From the NCBI RefSeq assembly GCF_006345805.1, contig NC_042997.1, forward strand, positions 142,228,001-142,292,000: 64,000 nt of DNA, read 5' to 3'. Source of the stretch: Octopus sinensis. Its lineage: Eukaryota. Of the stretch, positions 41,966 to 54,603 are shown one piece after another (positions within the stretch are counted from its first letter, which is position 1; every line of letters starts with the position of its first letter). The translations under genes and the position numbers were made by a program. The notes beneath the pieces were generated by a model. That model did not search any database. It had not been told where the DNA came from and worked only from the letters and a program-made list of their open reading frames with translations.

Positions 41966-44943
41966 CATACTAGAACCTATTGAAGCTGTTTTGGTTAAAA
42001 GCTTTTAGAAGTTACCAATTTAAAAAAGAAATTGCATTTGAAATTGGCAGTTTAAGAATGTTTAGTTTTTGGTTCCAAAAATCTTTATGCAAAAACTATA
42101 CAAAACTTAACAGAAAATCACAACCCAAGTATTAATACATGAAAATTTCAGGAATATCTAACCTAAAAAAAAAAAAAAATAAGAGTATAGGGATCTGAGT
42201 GAACATGGCTATTACAAAGTGCACTAAAATGCTTGGAAAATATTTAGTTGACTCAATCAAACAGTATTCATAAAAGTTGTGTTCAAACTTCATGTTTTTC
42301 CTTCTTGTTGTGAAGTATTGTCATTTAATGTCAGAAGACTCTCATAACAACATGAAAGTCTACAGAAGCCTTTTATTTGCTAAGTAGCAATTTTTGAAAG
42401 ATAGGTGAACAGGTAACATCTATAAGTATTTATGTGCGTGTATATCAATGTAAACGTCATATACTTATATACATATCAGATGACTTTGGAAGTTACAATA
42501 GTTACAATTATTTCCAATGTGAAAAAGAAATGTATTTGAAAATATAGTTATTGTAATTTTACTGTGAAACTGTGATGTAAACTAATGCTTTAGTGTTCAA
42601 AATAGGAAGTATTGCTTCTTCCCCAAACTTCCACAATTGTTCTGTCAATTACGAATATTTCATGACAGTACACTTTCTCTTCAAAAATTTATGCTATCAA
42701 AAACTTGGCAATGGTCTGTGTCCTTTTGACAGAAAGCTGTTGCTATTAATGACTCCATGTGCTATCTGTTTTAAATCAGGCGTAGAAACCTTCATATGAT
42801 ATATCTTGTTTGTTTTAAACCAAGCATGTGCTGTCAGTTGATTGTTTCAGAAACCACTAATAAATCATCAACCAAATTTTTATAGAATTTTGTTTTGAAT
42901 TTTGTCTGTTTTATGCCAACTTCTCTTGACATAAATAGGTCTACCATCAAGCCTTCTGAGACAGTTAAGCAGCCAGCTAACCAAAACCACAGTTCTAACC
43001 ATGCCCTTCACCTCTATCACACTAGTAAAGTCCATGACTCAAAATCTGTAAATAGTTTGCTTGTAATAGTAGTGATGAAAAATACCACTTAAGACCTTTA
43101 GAGTAAGTTATCCACCATCACTAACTGGAAAGGTTTCACTCACAACTGCAACTTTCGCAAAACTCTCTAACAACCTGTAAAGATCCCCACATTTCAATTT
43201 GCAGCCAATTTTCTTGTCCCTTGCCAACATTGTGGGAGTTCAATTTACTACTAAATTCCTAAATTAAGGCACCTCCCTTAGTAGCTTTTCTACCTGTTTT
43301 TATTCCAATTCTATACTGCACATACTCAATGAAACTCCCCCGAAACTCTCTTTATACTGTCCAACAGTCTCACTTCTACATAAACAGTTAAGTGTGAAAA
43401 CTCCTCTGGTATCTCCAAGATAGCTGACTTTGACAATGTTCTTTCCGTTACTCTCAATGCATTCTAGAGCTGTCTCTTATCTTTAATACATCTTCAATCT
43501 TTCTTTCCCTGTAGGAATCTATCCTGGTATTTGGAAATAAGTTTCAGTGTGTTTTACATATCTTAAAAGATCAACTTCTTTGACTCTACAAACTTTTTTT
43601 TTATATTTTCAAAACATATCTAATTTTGTTTTACAGAAGTAATATAGTTTACTAGTAAGCTGGTTGTGGAATTAAGATTCTATTGTCTTTGTTCTATTAC
43701 TCATCCACCAAAAGATGGGAGTGGAGTTAGGTAGACTGACCAGTTAATCTTTTAGTCATCATAGCTATGGTGGTGTGAAGAAAGGATGTTTTTATACTTG
43801 TAAACTGAAGTATTCTTAACTGTTGAATAATATCTTCTCTATTGACTATGCCTCTTAACCCATTTTGTTACCATATTTATATATTGAAATAACTTTGCCA
43901 TTATTAAGCTGGTGTTTGGAATATAAATTAACATGAAATTTTGGTGGAAGATTTTAATTTAGACCAATTTATAACAAAATTTTATACATGAAGTTAAATT
44001 TTATGCATATGGTTAATACTTCTAGCAATGTCTTTAGGAAACTTTTGTCTTATCCGATGATACAACACTGAAAATCATGAAATATGTTTGTTTTTAATCT
44101 CAAATTAAACAATGTGCTCGATATTTGTTACATTTTGCTATGACTACTTCATTGAAATATTTTTTAATGGTATAAATGGTTTAAATACTTTAAGAGAGCA
44201 ATCTAAAATGTAACTGTTGAATAATAAGACAAAATTTCTTCCACTGATCAGAGTTTTGCGAGTTCTACCTAATTTGTTTGCTCTCTTTAAATTTCTGTAG
44301 AAATTTATGCATAGTTGAATAATTGCTTAGTATATATGAGAGAGGCACATTTGCAGTATTGATGAGAACATTGCTATAATTCTATTCTTTCTAATGACTA
44401 GTAACATTTTGGGAAGAAATCCACTTTTTATTTTTAAAAATATTGAAATTATTCATTTTCATGATAGTCCTTTCTTTGGATTCAAGCATATATTCTAGAG
44501 TGTTGTTTAAAATGTGTCAGGATGCATCTAAACATGTTGACTTGAAGAAACAGAACAATAAAAGAACTTTATCCTGTAATCAGTAGACACATTTGCCCAA
44601 TCTTAATCATCATTGTCCCCAATATGACTTCATAGTAAAATCGATTCCTGGACTCAAATTACATTTATGCATCGATTGCAAGTAGATGCAGTTTCTTAAA
44701 TATTCTTTTCTACTCTAGGTACAAGGCCCGACATTTTGGGGGTGGGGGCCAGTCGATTAGATCGACCTCAGTATGCAACATGTACTTAATTTACCGACCC
44801 CCGAAAGGATGAAAGGCAAAGTCGACCTCGGCGGAATTTGAACTCCAAATGTAATGACAGACAAAATACTGCTAAGCCTATTTCTTTCCTTCTGTATAAT
44901 TCTTTCCTTCAAACACTTATACGCTGAAGTCAGCAGGAGTGAC

Positions 44944-44979
<36 letters not shown>

Positions 44980-45199
44980 TATTATTAAGGTAGCAAGCTG
45001 GCAAAATCATTAGCATGCCAGGCTAAATGCTTAGCAGCATTTTGTCCATCTTCATGTTCTGAGGTCAGCTTTGCCTTTCATCCTTCGAGGGTTGGTAAAA
45101 TAAGTACCATCTGAGCCCTGGGATCAATGTAATTGACTTTCCCCATCCCCCAAAACTGCTGGCCTTGTGCCAAAATTTGAAATCATCATCATTATTATT

Positions 45200-45490
45200 A
45201 TTTTATTATCTTTGCACAGCTTCTAATGCTGGAGATGAGATGTACCACAGTGCCAGCTGTTCACTACCAGTGAACTAAAGTAACACCCCTTATTTTTCGA
45301 GCACCATCCGGAGTATTTGAGTGGTTCCAAGCAGTGCTGTTTTCTGCAAGTGCTCTACCCTTATTGCAGCCTGTATTTGTTCCATGTACTTCTCAAGATT
45401 TTTATTCACTGTCCCCAGGGCTCCGACAATTATTGGTATTATCATCTTTTTCAGCAACCACAACTCCTTAACCTCCCAAGCTAACCTGTT
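45200..45490 (-). mobile_element. older R4/Dong-like LINE 3' end
   Basis: Minus reading PIIVGALGTVNKNLEKYMEQIQ...LQKTALLGTTQILRMVLEK*, followed by a 3' UTR and a TAA-rich tail. Confidence 0.75.
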
Positions 45491-47353
45491 ATATTATTAT
45501 TATTATTCAGTAGTTTTATTTTTATAGCGTGCTTTCACTTCACTACTGAGTGCAGGTCTGTGTGACTTGGGTATGTGCTGTGATTTGTTGTGATGATCTG
45601 ATGGTTATTGTATGGAAAGTGTTCTGCGTAGGATGTGTGCAGTGCTTTGTAGTGCAATTTTCTGGATGTTATATGTGTTTGTAAGTCCTGGTGTTTTTGT
45701 TATGTATTTGTCTGAATATTTTTTTATCATGCCTAATGCACCTACTATGATAGAAATTGTTTCTGTTTTCAGATTCCACATTCTAGTTACCTCTATTTCC
45801 AGGTCTTTGTATTTTGAGAGTTTCTCCATTTCTTTTAGAGACACGTTGTCATCTGCCGGTATTGATACATCAATTAGAAAGCATTTTTTTTCTTCATGAT
45901 CTCTGACAACTATATCTGGTCTGTTGGCCTTAATTTCTCTATCTGTGTGTATCGGCATATCCCAGAGTATGGTTGCTTCTCGTTTTCTGTGACCTTTTCT
46001 GGTGTGTGCCTATACCATCTTTTTTCTGTTGTTATTCCATAATGTTGGCATAGCTTCCAATGTATGTAGGTTCCAACTCTGTCATGTCTGTGAATATATT
46101 CCTTCTTAGCCAGGACTGGGCAGCTAGAGATAATATGATTTATTGTTTCTTGTCCATCTCCACATATTCTGCAGTTACTTGTAATATTTCTTTTCATTAC
46201 ATGTTTTTGGTAATTTCTGGTGGGGAGGCTTTGGTCTTGTGCTGCAATTAAAAATCCCTCTGTTTCTGCTTTGAGTCCTGAGCTTCTCAACCATTGCTGG
46301 GATTTTTCTTTGTCTATTTCTTTTGCGTTTAGTTTAGTCCAGTATTTACCATGAAGGGGCTTTTCTTGCCATCGTTTTATCATGGTTCGTTGCTGTTCTA
46401 TTTTTAGTTTGGATTTCATTTGTTTTATAGCTTTTGTTGTTTCTTCATCATCTTCTTCTTCTTCTTCTTCATGTTTATTAGGTGGTATGATTTCTTGTTT
46501 GTATTTGTCAGCTTCGTTAAATACTGAGAACAGTTTTTTTGTTTTGCTCGTGTTTTGCCGCTATCTGGATCAGTTTTCCTTCCTTCTGAAGTAGATATTT
46601 TTGCAGTCCTATGGTGGTTATTTTATAGTACTTTTCCAGCTGTATAAGGCCTCTACCACCTTCTATACGTTGTATATATAGTCTTTCTATGTCAGATTTT
46701 GGGTGATGCATCCTAGATCCTGTCATTATTTTTCTTGTTTTCCTATCTATTTTGGTCAGTTCATTTCGTGTCCAGTTAAGGATATTGTAGCTGTAACTTA
46801 TAACTGGGACAGCTAAAGTGTTGATACCTATTATCTTGTTTTTAGCATTGAGCTCTGTTTTTAGTATTGATCTAACTCGTCTATAATATTTTTTTTAAAT
46901 TTTCTCTTTCATTTGTGTGTGTTGTGTCTTATCTAGTTCATGGATTCCTAAGTATTTGTAAGTTTGGCTTTGGTCTAATTCTTTTATTTCATTGGTTTTA
47001 TCTAGTGTGATGTTGTTACTCTTAACTAGTTTTCCTCTTTTCATGGTTACTTTGGCGCATTTTTCTAATCCAAATTTCATATCTATTCTTTGGTAAATCC
47101 ATGAACTGTCTTTAATAGTGTTTCCAGCTGTTTGTCATTTGCAGCGTATAGTTTTAGGTCATCCATATATAAAAGGTGGCTGATCGTTTTGCCGTAACAT
47201 TTATATCCGCATCCAGTTCTATTTAGTATATCAGATAGAGGTGACAGTGCCAAGCAGAAAAGGAGTGGAGAGAGCGTGTCTCCCTGGAATATTCCTCTTC
47301 TAATGGGGATGTCTTTGGTTTTCATGAGTCCCTCTTTTGTTTGGAGGTGTAGG
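45491..47353 (-). mobile_element. R4/Dong-clade LINE (RT, CCHC finger, restriction-like endonuclease), 5'-truncated with few lesions
   Basis: RGIFQGDTLSPLLFCLAL, HLLYMDDLKLY, CRICGDGQETINHIISSC, HRHDRV, RPDIVV...IDVSIP...KLSKY...IIVGALG; (TAA)n repeats at both ends. Confidence 0.93.
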
Positions 47354-47626
47354 TTATTATTATTATTATTAGTAATAGTAGTGGTGGTGGTGGTGGTGGT
47401 AGTAAGGCAGTGAGCTGGCAGAATTATTAGCATGCCGGGTGAAATGCTTAGTGGTATTTTGTCTGTCTTCATGTTCTGAGTTCAAATATCACCAAGGTTG
47501 ACATCGCCTTTCATCCTTTCGGAGTCAATAAATTAGGTACCAGTTATGCACTGGGGTTGATGTAATCAACTTGTTCCCTTCCCCAAAGATTTTCAAGGCC
47601 TTGTGTCTAGAGTAGAAATAATAATT

Positions 47627-47660
<34 letters not shown>

Positions 47661-50639
47661 GTAGTAGTAGTAGTAGTAGTAGTAGTAAGGCTGTGAGCTG
47701 GCAGAATCCTTAGCACACCAGCCAAAATGCTTAGCGGCATTTCACCCATCACTATGTTCTGAGTTCAAATTTTGCTGAGGTTGACTTTGCTTTTCATCCT
47801 TTCAGGGTTGATAAATTAAGTACCAGGGTTGATGTAATCAACTAGTCCCCTCCCCCAAAATTTCATCATCATTATTATTTTTATCATAATCATTAAGGTA
47901 GAGGTTGGCAGAGCTGTGAGCATGCTTAGTGGCAATTCTTCAGACTCTTTACACTGAGATCTAATTGCATCATGGTCAGTTTTGCTGTATGTCCTTTTGC
48001 AGTTGATAAAATAAGTACCAGTTGAGCACTAGAATCAACGTTATCAACTAGCCCTCTCTCCTAAAATTCCAGGCCTTGTGACTATAGATAGGATTATTTT
48101 TTAAACCAATTTAAATAAATTGGTGACCATTTTCTTTCTATCAGCCTAAGTTTTAAGGAGAATAAAATGTATATCTGCTTCTAAATGTTTGATTATGATA
48201 CTTTGTCTAAATTGCTATATTATATATTGCTAACTAGGTTTTTCTATTAAGTTAGATAAAAGAAAAAAGCTAAATATGTGCAATGTATATGCAGCATATA
48301 GGCAGGTGGTGGTTAGAGTATTGAGCTTACAATCATGAAGTAGTGAGTTTGATTCCCAGACTGGGCTGTGTGTTGTATTCTTGAGCAAGACACTTTATTT
48401 CATGTTGCTCCTGTTCACTCAGCTGTAGAAATGAGTTGCAAAGTCACTGGTGCCAAGCTGCATCCGTCTTTGCCTTTTCCTTGGATAACATTGGTGGTGT
48501 GGAGAGGGGAGGTTGGTATGCATGGGCAACTACTGGTCTTCCGTAAACAACCTTGTCTGGACTTGTCCCTCAGAGGGGAACTTTCTAGGTGCAATCTCAT
48601 GGTCATTCATGACTGAAGAGGGTCTTTACCCTTTTTACACTTTACTGTTGGATTGCATTTGATTTACTTTTCTATTTATGATGCCCCCATCCTCCAGATC
48701 CCAACTTTTGTTAGAGTCTACACTACATTTCTTCAGTTCAATCTTTGCATATAGTAGTCATCTGCTCTTTATATTTCTGACCAATCCTTAATGACCAATC
48801 CTTAATGACCAATCCTCTTAGTTCTTTATGTTCTTAACCACTCATTTTTTCCAAGTGCCTGTACCATAGTCCTTCCATTCTTCCTCTTTGACACTTAGGT
48901 TGTATGTGAATCTGCTTGGTGTGTATGACCTTTGGTCTATCCCTTGCCTATGTCCTACTTTCTCACCTATTTCCAGCTATATCACTTGACCAAGCCCTCA
49001 TTCTCTCCTTCCTATCTGGGTTTTGTTACTGACTTTTACCATCATCTGCCTCCTCTTCTCTTTACTCTGTTCCCTTTTGTTCATCTTGCACACTTCTCAT
49101 GCTAGCTCCCATTAGCTTTTCCCCTCTCCTCAATATCACTTCTTTATTTTATTCAGTTTTATATTCGAAAGTTTTTGATTAAAGCAATCATACCAATTCA
49201 TTCTCTCAGAAGAAAGATAAGCACCCTAAATGTCTGATTCTTTCACTTCTCAAAGCAATCATCTTACTAGAGTATTCTACAATCTCTCTTATGAATTAAC
49301 TTCTGCTTGATACAAACCCCAACCCATGTCCTTGGATTCAGAATTTTACTTTGATTTATAAAAATCTGTGCCTCTATTTTCTTTTAAACAGGTTTAATTA
49401 AGCAATATAGTCTACAATTTTAAAACCCAGCTTTCATTTATGTATTATAGTAATGCAAAGCAATTATACTTTTACTCTGCTAAAAATATTTAAAATAATT
49501 GCTTTTACATGTAGACAATCATCATATTTTAATATACAGCTTTATAACAATTTCAAGCATTCTTCTCAACAATGAAATATAAAGAAAGTTCTCTTGTGTA
49601 CAGCTGCTGCTAAAAGTGTTATAGTATTTAGAATATAGTATATATGAGTATGACCTGCTATGTAGATCAATAATACGCAAAATGTTAGTCATTGTGAAGC
49701 TTGTATAGATATGTGCGTGTTTATAAAATATATATTCTTCAATATATTCTTCTCTTGTCTTTATATTAGAAGTCATATTTCTTCGTTTTTAATTAATGGT
49801 GGTGGTGGCTGTCAGGGGAGGAGAAGAGAGGGCATTGTATATGTAATGATGCTCACGTGGTGTGCTTCTATTAATTCCATCATTTAAAGATAAAGGTAAC
49901 CTTTAATGACCGATTTATCCCCTGACTGAATTTGGTTCCAGTATAGTAGATAATGTTCTGCATTATTTATATTTATCAGAACAAACTTTTTCTAAGAGCA
50001 AGCTATATTTTTGTAATTGGAGTATATTTCTTCTTGTCTCTCCTTCATAATTCTTTGTATCAATTAAACGTTTGAAGTAAGTGATAAATATTTGCATCTG
50101 ATTCAGTATGGTAATTTAATTATTCTCCATTACAAAATACTAAGTTTTGTTTGGTTAACATTCTTCTTTAAATATTATTTAATGTTACTCTGACATTTTA
50201 TCTTCTCTTTATAAAGATAAGGAGAAAAAATATTAAATTCCATTGATTTTAAGAGATTTCTCTCCTTATGATGAAATTCATTCTCTGAAGTAATTACGTA
50301 GTTATTATAATGTATATATGTATCAAACTGAATATATATCTAGGGGGAAAATGAGTGGAGAAAATTGTGTGTCTGTTTGTATGTGTATGTTGTGTGTGTG
50401 TGTATGTGTGCGTATATATATGTATGTATATATATATATTTGTGTATATTTGTATGTGTCTGTTTATATATATGTATGCGTATATGTATGTGTGTGTATA
50501 TATATATATGTATGTATATATATATATATATATGTATTTATATATGTATGTATATGTAGGTGTATATATACATATATATGTAGGTATATGATGTTTGTAT
50601 GTATGCTCTCTTCTGTTTTTAATTATTTAAATTCTTGCT

Positions 50640-50882
50640 TTGTGGAAGAAACTGGTTTTTAACAAAGATACAAAGCTCCATCATTGGAATGTAGATAACA
50701 AAAACAAAAGCAATGTCACATTTCAAACTTGAGAAAAGTCTAGCATATATTTACTGTTCCACTTATAGATTGTATTTGCAATGTGCAAGTTAGCTGGTTG
50801 ATTTTTTTTTTTTCTGAAAACCCTAGCTTATCCAGGTTATCACTTACACATTTACTCACAAAACCTAGAGCACCAATTATTA

Positions 50883-50885
<3 letters not shown>
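50640..50885 (-). mobile_element. 3' end of another RLE-type LINE
   Basis: IIIGALGFVSKCVSDNLDKLGF...LQIQSISGTVNIC*TFLKF resembles a restriction-like endonuclease C-terminus. Confidence 0.65.
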
Positions 50886-50921
<36 letters not shown>

Positions 50922-51327
50922 ATTCATGCAGGCACACATGCATGCACAAACCCATGCCAGTACATGTCTAAGAGTCCAGGTGATTAAGCATTGGCTATGG
51001 ACAATATACTGGTTGAGTTATTGAAAGGACAATAAAATAAAAGATGGACAAGTAATTGTTAATGGCATCAAAGCTTTTATGAAAAGGTTATATGGAAGTA
51101 AGTATAAATATAGCAATAATAATTCTCTAAACGAGATATAGACAGTAACTGCTCCATAACATAAGGGACGTTAGCCATCTGAATGTGGCTAGGGACAGGG
51201 CAGGGCGGTGGGGGTGTTACTGATGCATTTAGCCCCAGGCGATCATCAACGTCACCAGGAGGGCCGACGCCATCACGGCGTCCTCTAGCCTGCAAAGGGA
51301 GATCATTCCCCGAAGAAGCGGATGCCA

Positions 51328-51372
51328 CATACGGACCTAGGTTTCAAGGTGTTTGCCTATTATCAACGTATG
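51328..51372 (-). ncRNA. type I hammerhead ribozyme (U3-A8 variant), inverted copy
   Basis: Exact reverse complement of 51660-51704; predicted cleavage between 51334 and 51333. Confidence 0.8.
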
Positions 51373-51659
51373 GCCTCCCTTTGCAGGCTAGAGGACGCCG
51401 TGATGGCGTCGGCCCTCCTGGTGACGTTGATGATCGCCTGGGGCTAAATGCATCAGTAACACCCCCACCGCCCTGCCCTATCCCTAGCCACATTCAGATG
51501 GCTAACGTCCCTTATGTTATGGAGCAGTTACTGTCTATATCTCGTTTAGAGAATTATTATTGCTGTCGAACAGATTTTCTACATCAGTAAATGTATTTAC
51601 TGTGAAAATCTTTATATATAGCCTGCACAGAGAGTCATTCGTCGAGTAGCGGTGCCTGC

Positions 51660-51704
51660 CATACGTTGATAATAGGCAAACACCTTGAAACCTAGGTCCG
51701 TATG
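51660..51704 (+). ncRNA. type I hammerhead ribozyme (U3-A8 variant)
   Basis: CATACG-TTGATAA-T-AGG-CAAACA-CCT-T-GAAA-CCTAGG-TC^-CGTATG: 6-bp stem I, 3-bp stem II, palindromic stem III, GUC site at 51696-51698. Confidence 0.85.
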
Positions 51705-52189
51705 TGGCATCCGCTTCTTCGGGGAATGATCTCCCTTTGCAGGCTAGAGGACGCCGTGATGGCGTCGGCCCTCCTGGTGACGTTGATGATCGCCTGGGGC
51801 TAAATGCATCAGTAACACCCCCACCGCCCTGCCCTGTCCCTAGCCACATTCAGATGGCTAACGTCCCTTATGTAGTATAAATATATTTAAGCAGAAAAAC
51901 AAGAAAATTAGGTATGTGAGAGTTTGTAGTAGTTCCCCATAGATAGGTAGATATCCCGAAAGTTCACACTCTAATGTCATAGATAAAAGAGAGAAAGAGC
52001 TGAATAGTCCTTTGTATATCAGCAGAGTTCATATTTGAACTTTACAAATAAGAGACAGGAGAATATGGGTAATCTTTTACAGCTGTTTCTGGGTTTTGTT
52101 GCTCAGGAAGTGCAACATTGTGCATTGTCTGTACATATGCATGAAGGAAATTGGGTTTTATCACTACTTCATTTTGATTTAACTCACTC

Positions 52190-52228
<39 letters not shown>

Positions 52229-53312
52229 TTGTGATCATCATTCATTTAATGTCTGCTTTAGATAGTTTGATTGGAACTGTTAAGCCAGGGAACTGTACAA
52301 GGTTCCAGTCTGATTTGGCTTAGTTTCTATGGCTGGATGCCATTCTCAACACCAACCACTCTAAGAGTGTAGTGGGTGCCATTTACATGACTCAGCAATG
52401 GCGATAACTACAATATCATTTGACTTAACTGGCAATGGTCACAGCACAGCATATTGCAAATTGTCTTGCCCTTCACCCTTATATATATATATATATGATT
52501 GATTGATTGATTGATTCTAGTTTCAGCTTATGAGCTGTGGCCATGCTGGGGCACCGCCATTATATATATATATATTATATAGATACACACACACACACAC
52601 GCACATATGCATATATGGGTACAGGACGTCACCAACAGTAAACAACATGAAATACGAAAACAAATGAGTTCAATACATAAACAAAAGGAAGACAGGACAA
52701 GTAACACAAAGAACGACCCTTCATCAGTTGTCAGCTGTCTATCTACTCCTCATTTTGAGCATTGAATAACAATATGAGTCTTCGAAGGCAGTTGCTCCCA
52801 TAAGTACCGAAATAAAATTTGGGATTTATGGAGGGTCAAAATTGGGAACAAAAACAGGACAGTAGAGACATACAAGGAAACCGAACAAAAACAAACATGG
52901 AGGGTCGTTAGACCAGAACGAGGGTAAAGTAGTGAAGGTTGGAGAAATATTTTCTTTGACAAGAGAAAAGACAGAAGAGAGAGATAGGATAAGTCCAGTC
53001 CTTAGGACAGTCCTGAAAGAAAAGAAAGATAATCTCGTGAGGAAAAGAAAGATGGACGATGGTCATGTGTGAGCAATGAGAGAGAGAAAAGGAGAAAGAG
53101 GGATATCTATATCTATCTATCTATATATATAATCTTGAAGGATGCAGAGAGCAATGAGAGCATGGTACTGCTAACCTGCGATGACCCCCAGCTCCACCAT
53201 GAGTATAAAGCAGCAGCAGCAGCAGCAAGCATGTGTGTGTGTGTGTGTTTGATAATGTGGATAGTTATGTGTGTGTGTTTAATGTGATATAGATTATTTG
53301 TACCTTTAGCTA

Positions 53313-54603
53313 TCAGGTCATCCCATAAGTTCTATCTGATTTTATCTTTTTTAAAATTGAATGAAATTTAATAGTATTTTAGAATGTCTAATGGAATTTA
53401 AAATTATTTTTATATGCATTTGTGTACAGTTAAACTAATGAAATATTATTTTACAGAATAATAGAATTAAAATTTCTTTGATTAAAACCCTTTCTAACAT
53501 GGAAGTATCCAAAGAGCATTTAAGGCACATAATGTTTTATGAGTACAAAAAAGGAAACTCTGCAGCCAAAGCTACTTGAAACATGCACTCAGTTTATGGG
53601 GGAAAATGCTTGAATGAAAGAACTTGCAGAAGATGATTTGTAAAATTCAGAAGTGGAGATTTCAGCCTTGAAGATGAAGATCGAACAGGATGTCCAGTTG
53701 AGTATGACGATAAGCTCCTTGAGGTGTTACTTGAAGAAAATCCTGGATTATTAGTTGAAGAATTGGCAGTAATGCTTAGTTCAAACCATACAACTGTTCA
53801 TCGTCATCTTCAACAACTTCGAAAGGTTTCCTAAACTTGGAAAATGGGTGCCTCGTGAATTCTCCGAAAGCAACTGCAAATCTCGAATTGACATCTGCTC
53901 TTTTCTCTATTCTCGTGAACTCATTTCACCCTTTTTGGATAGACTTGTGACTGGTGACGAAAAATGGATCTTCTATTGAAACGTTAAATGTTGTAAACAG
54001 TGGCTTGGTAAAAGGGAAAAAACTCAATCACAACCGAGAAGGGAACTTTATGGGAAAAAGGTTCTTCTCTCTATCTGGTAGGATTGCAAAGGAGTAATTC
54101 ACTTTGAATTGTTACCACCTAATACAACAATCAATGCTCAAGTCTACTGTCAGCAATTTAGAGCATTTGAACCAAGCTTTGAAGAAAAAAGCCCCGCTTT
54201 AGTGAATCAAAAAGGAGTGATGTTTCATCAGGGCAATGCGCGACCCCACAATGCAAAGATCACATCACAGAAGATTGAAGAGATTGGTTGGGAAAAAATT
54301 CCTCCTCCACCATATTCTCCTGACTTTGCTCCTTCAGACTACCTTTTGTTTCGCAGTTTACAGAATCATTTGGGGGACATAACTTTTGCAAGCCAGAAGG
54401 AGGTCGAAACTGACATTTCAGAGTTCTTTGCTTTGAAACCAAAAGAGTTTTACATTGATGGGATTAAAAAGCTTGTAAATAGATGGAAGGAAGTCATAGA
54501 TAATCAGGGAAAGTACATTGATGATTAAATTTCTATTAAATATAACATTTGATCACTTGTTTTCTTTATTCAAAATTCGGATAGAACTTATGGGATGACC
54601 TGA
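53313..54603 (+). mobile_element. full-length mariner transposon, inactive
   Basis: TIRs TCAGGTCATCCCATAAGTTCTATC / GATAGAACTTATGGGATGACCTGA with TA on both sides; 1291 bp. Confidence 0.95.
53499..54528 (+). pseudogene. mariner transposase pseudogene
   Basis: MEVSKEHLRH start, WVPRE, DRLVTGDEKW, HQGNARPH (second catalytic D changed to G), YSPDFAPSDY; in-frame stops and frameshifts. Confidence 0.92.

Larger units (their letters stand above)
51113..51873. mobile_element. retrozyme-like non-coding retroelement: 356-nt monomer, 1.4 tandem units (+) plus a 5' inverted partial copy (-), with TSD
   Basis: ctccctttgcaggc recurs at 51375 and 51731 (period 356); 51112-51374 is the reverse complement of the same unit; AGTATAAATATA at 51101-51112 and 51874-51885. 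Confidence 0.88.

Noticed and set aside
48778-48815. Triple CCAAT-containing 14-bp tandem as a promoter
   Set aside because: Simple slippage repeat in pyrimidine-rich decayed sequence, with no other promoter evidence
51375-51520. Possible HDV-like or twister ribozyme in the rest of the 356-nt monomer
   Set aside because: No L3 CC to pair as P1.1 and no matching P1 for HDV; the twister-like gccctgtccctagcc lacks a P4 partner and pseudoknot strands
51077-51849. Three ORFs (83, 135 and 104 aa) over the 51-kb island
   Set aside because: They are mirror readings of the same repeated non-coding unit on both strands with no recognisable domain; RNA structure explains the region better
52610-53070. 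CTGATGA on minus in a repeat-like segment as another hammerhead
   Set aside because: No properly placed GAAA or stem pairings could be assembled
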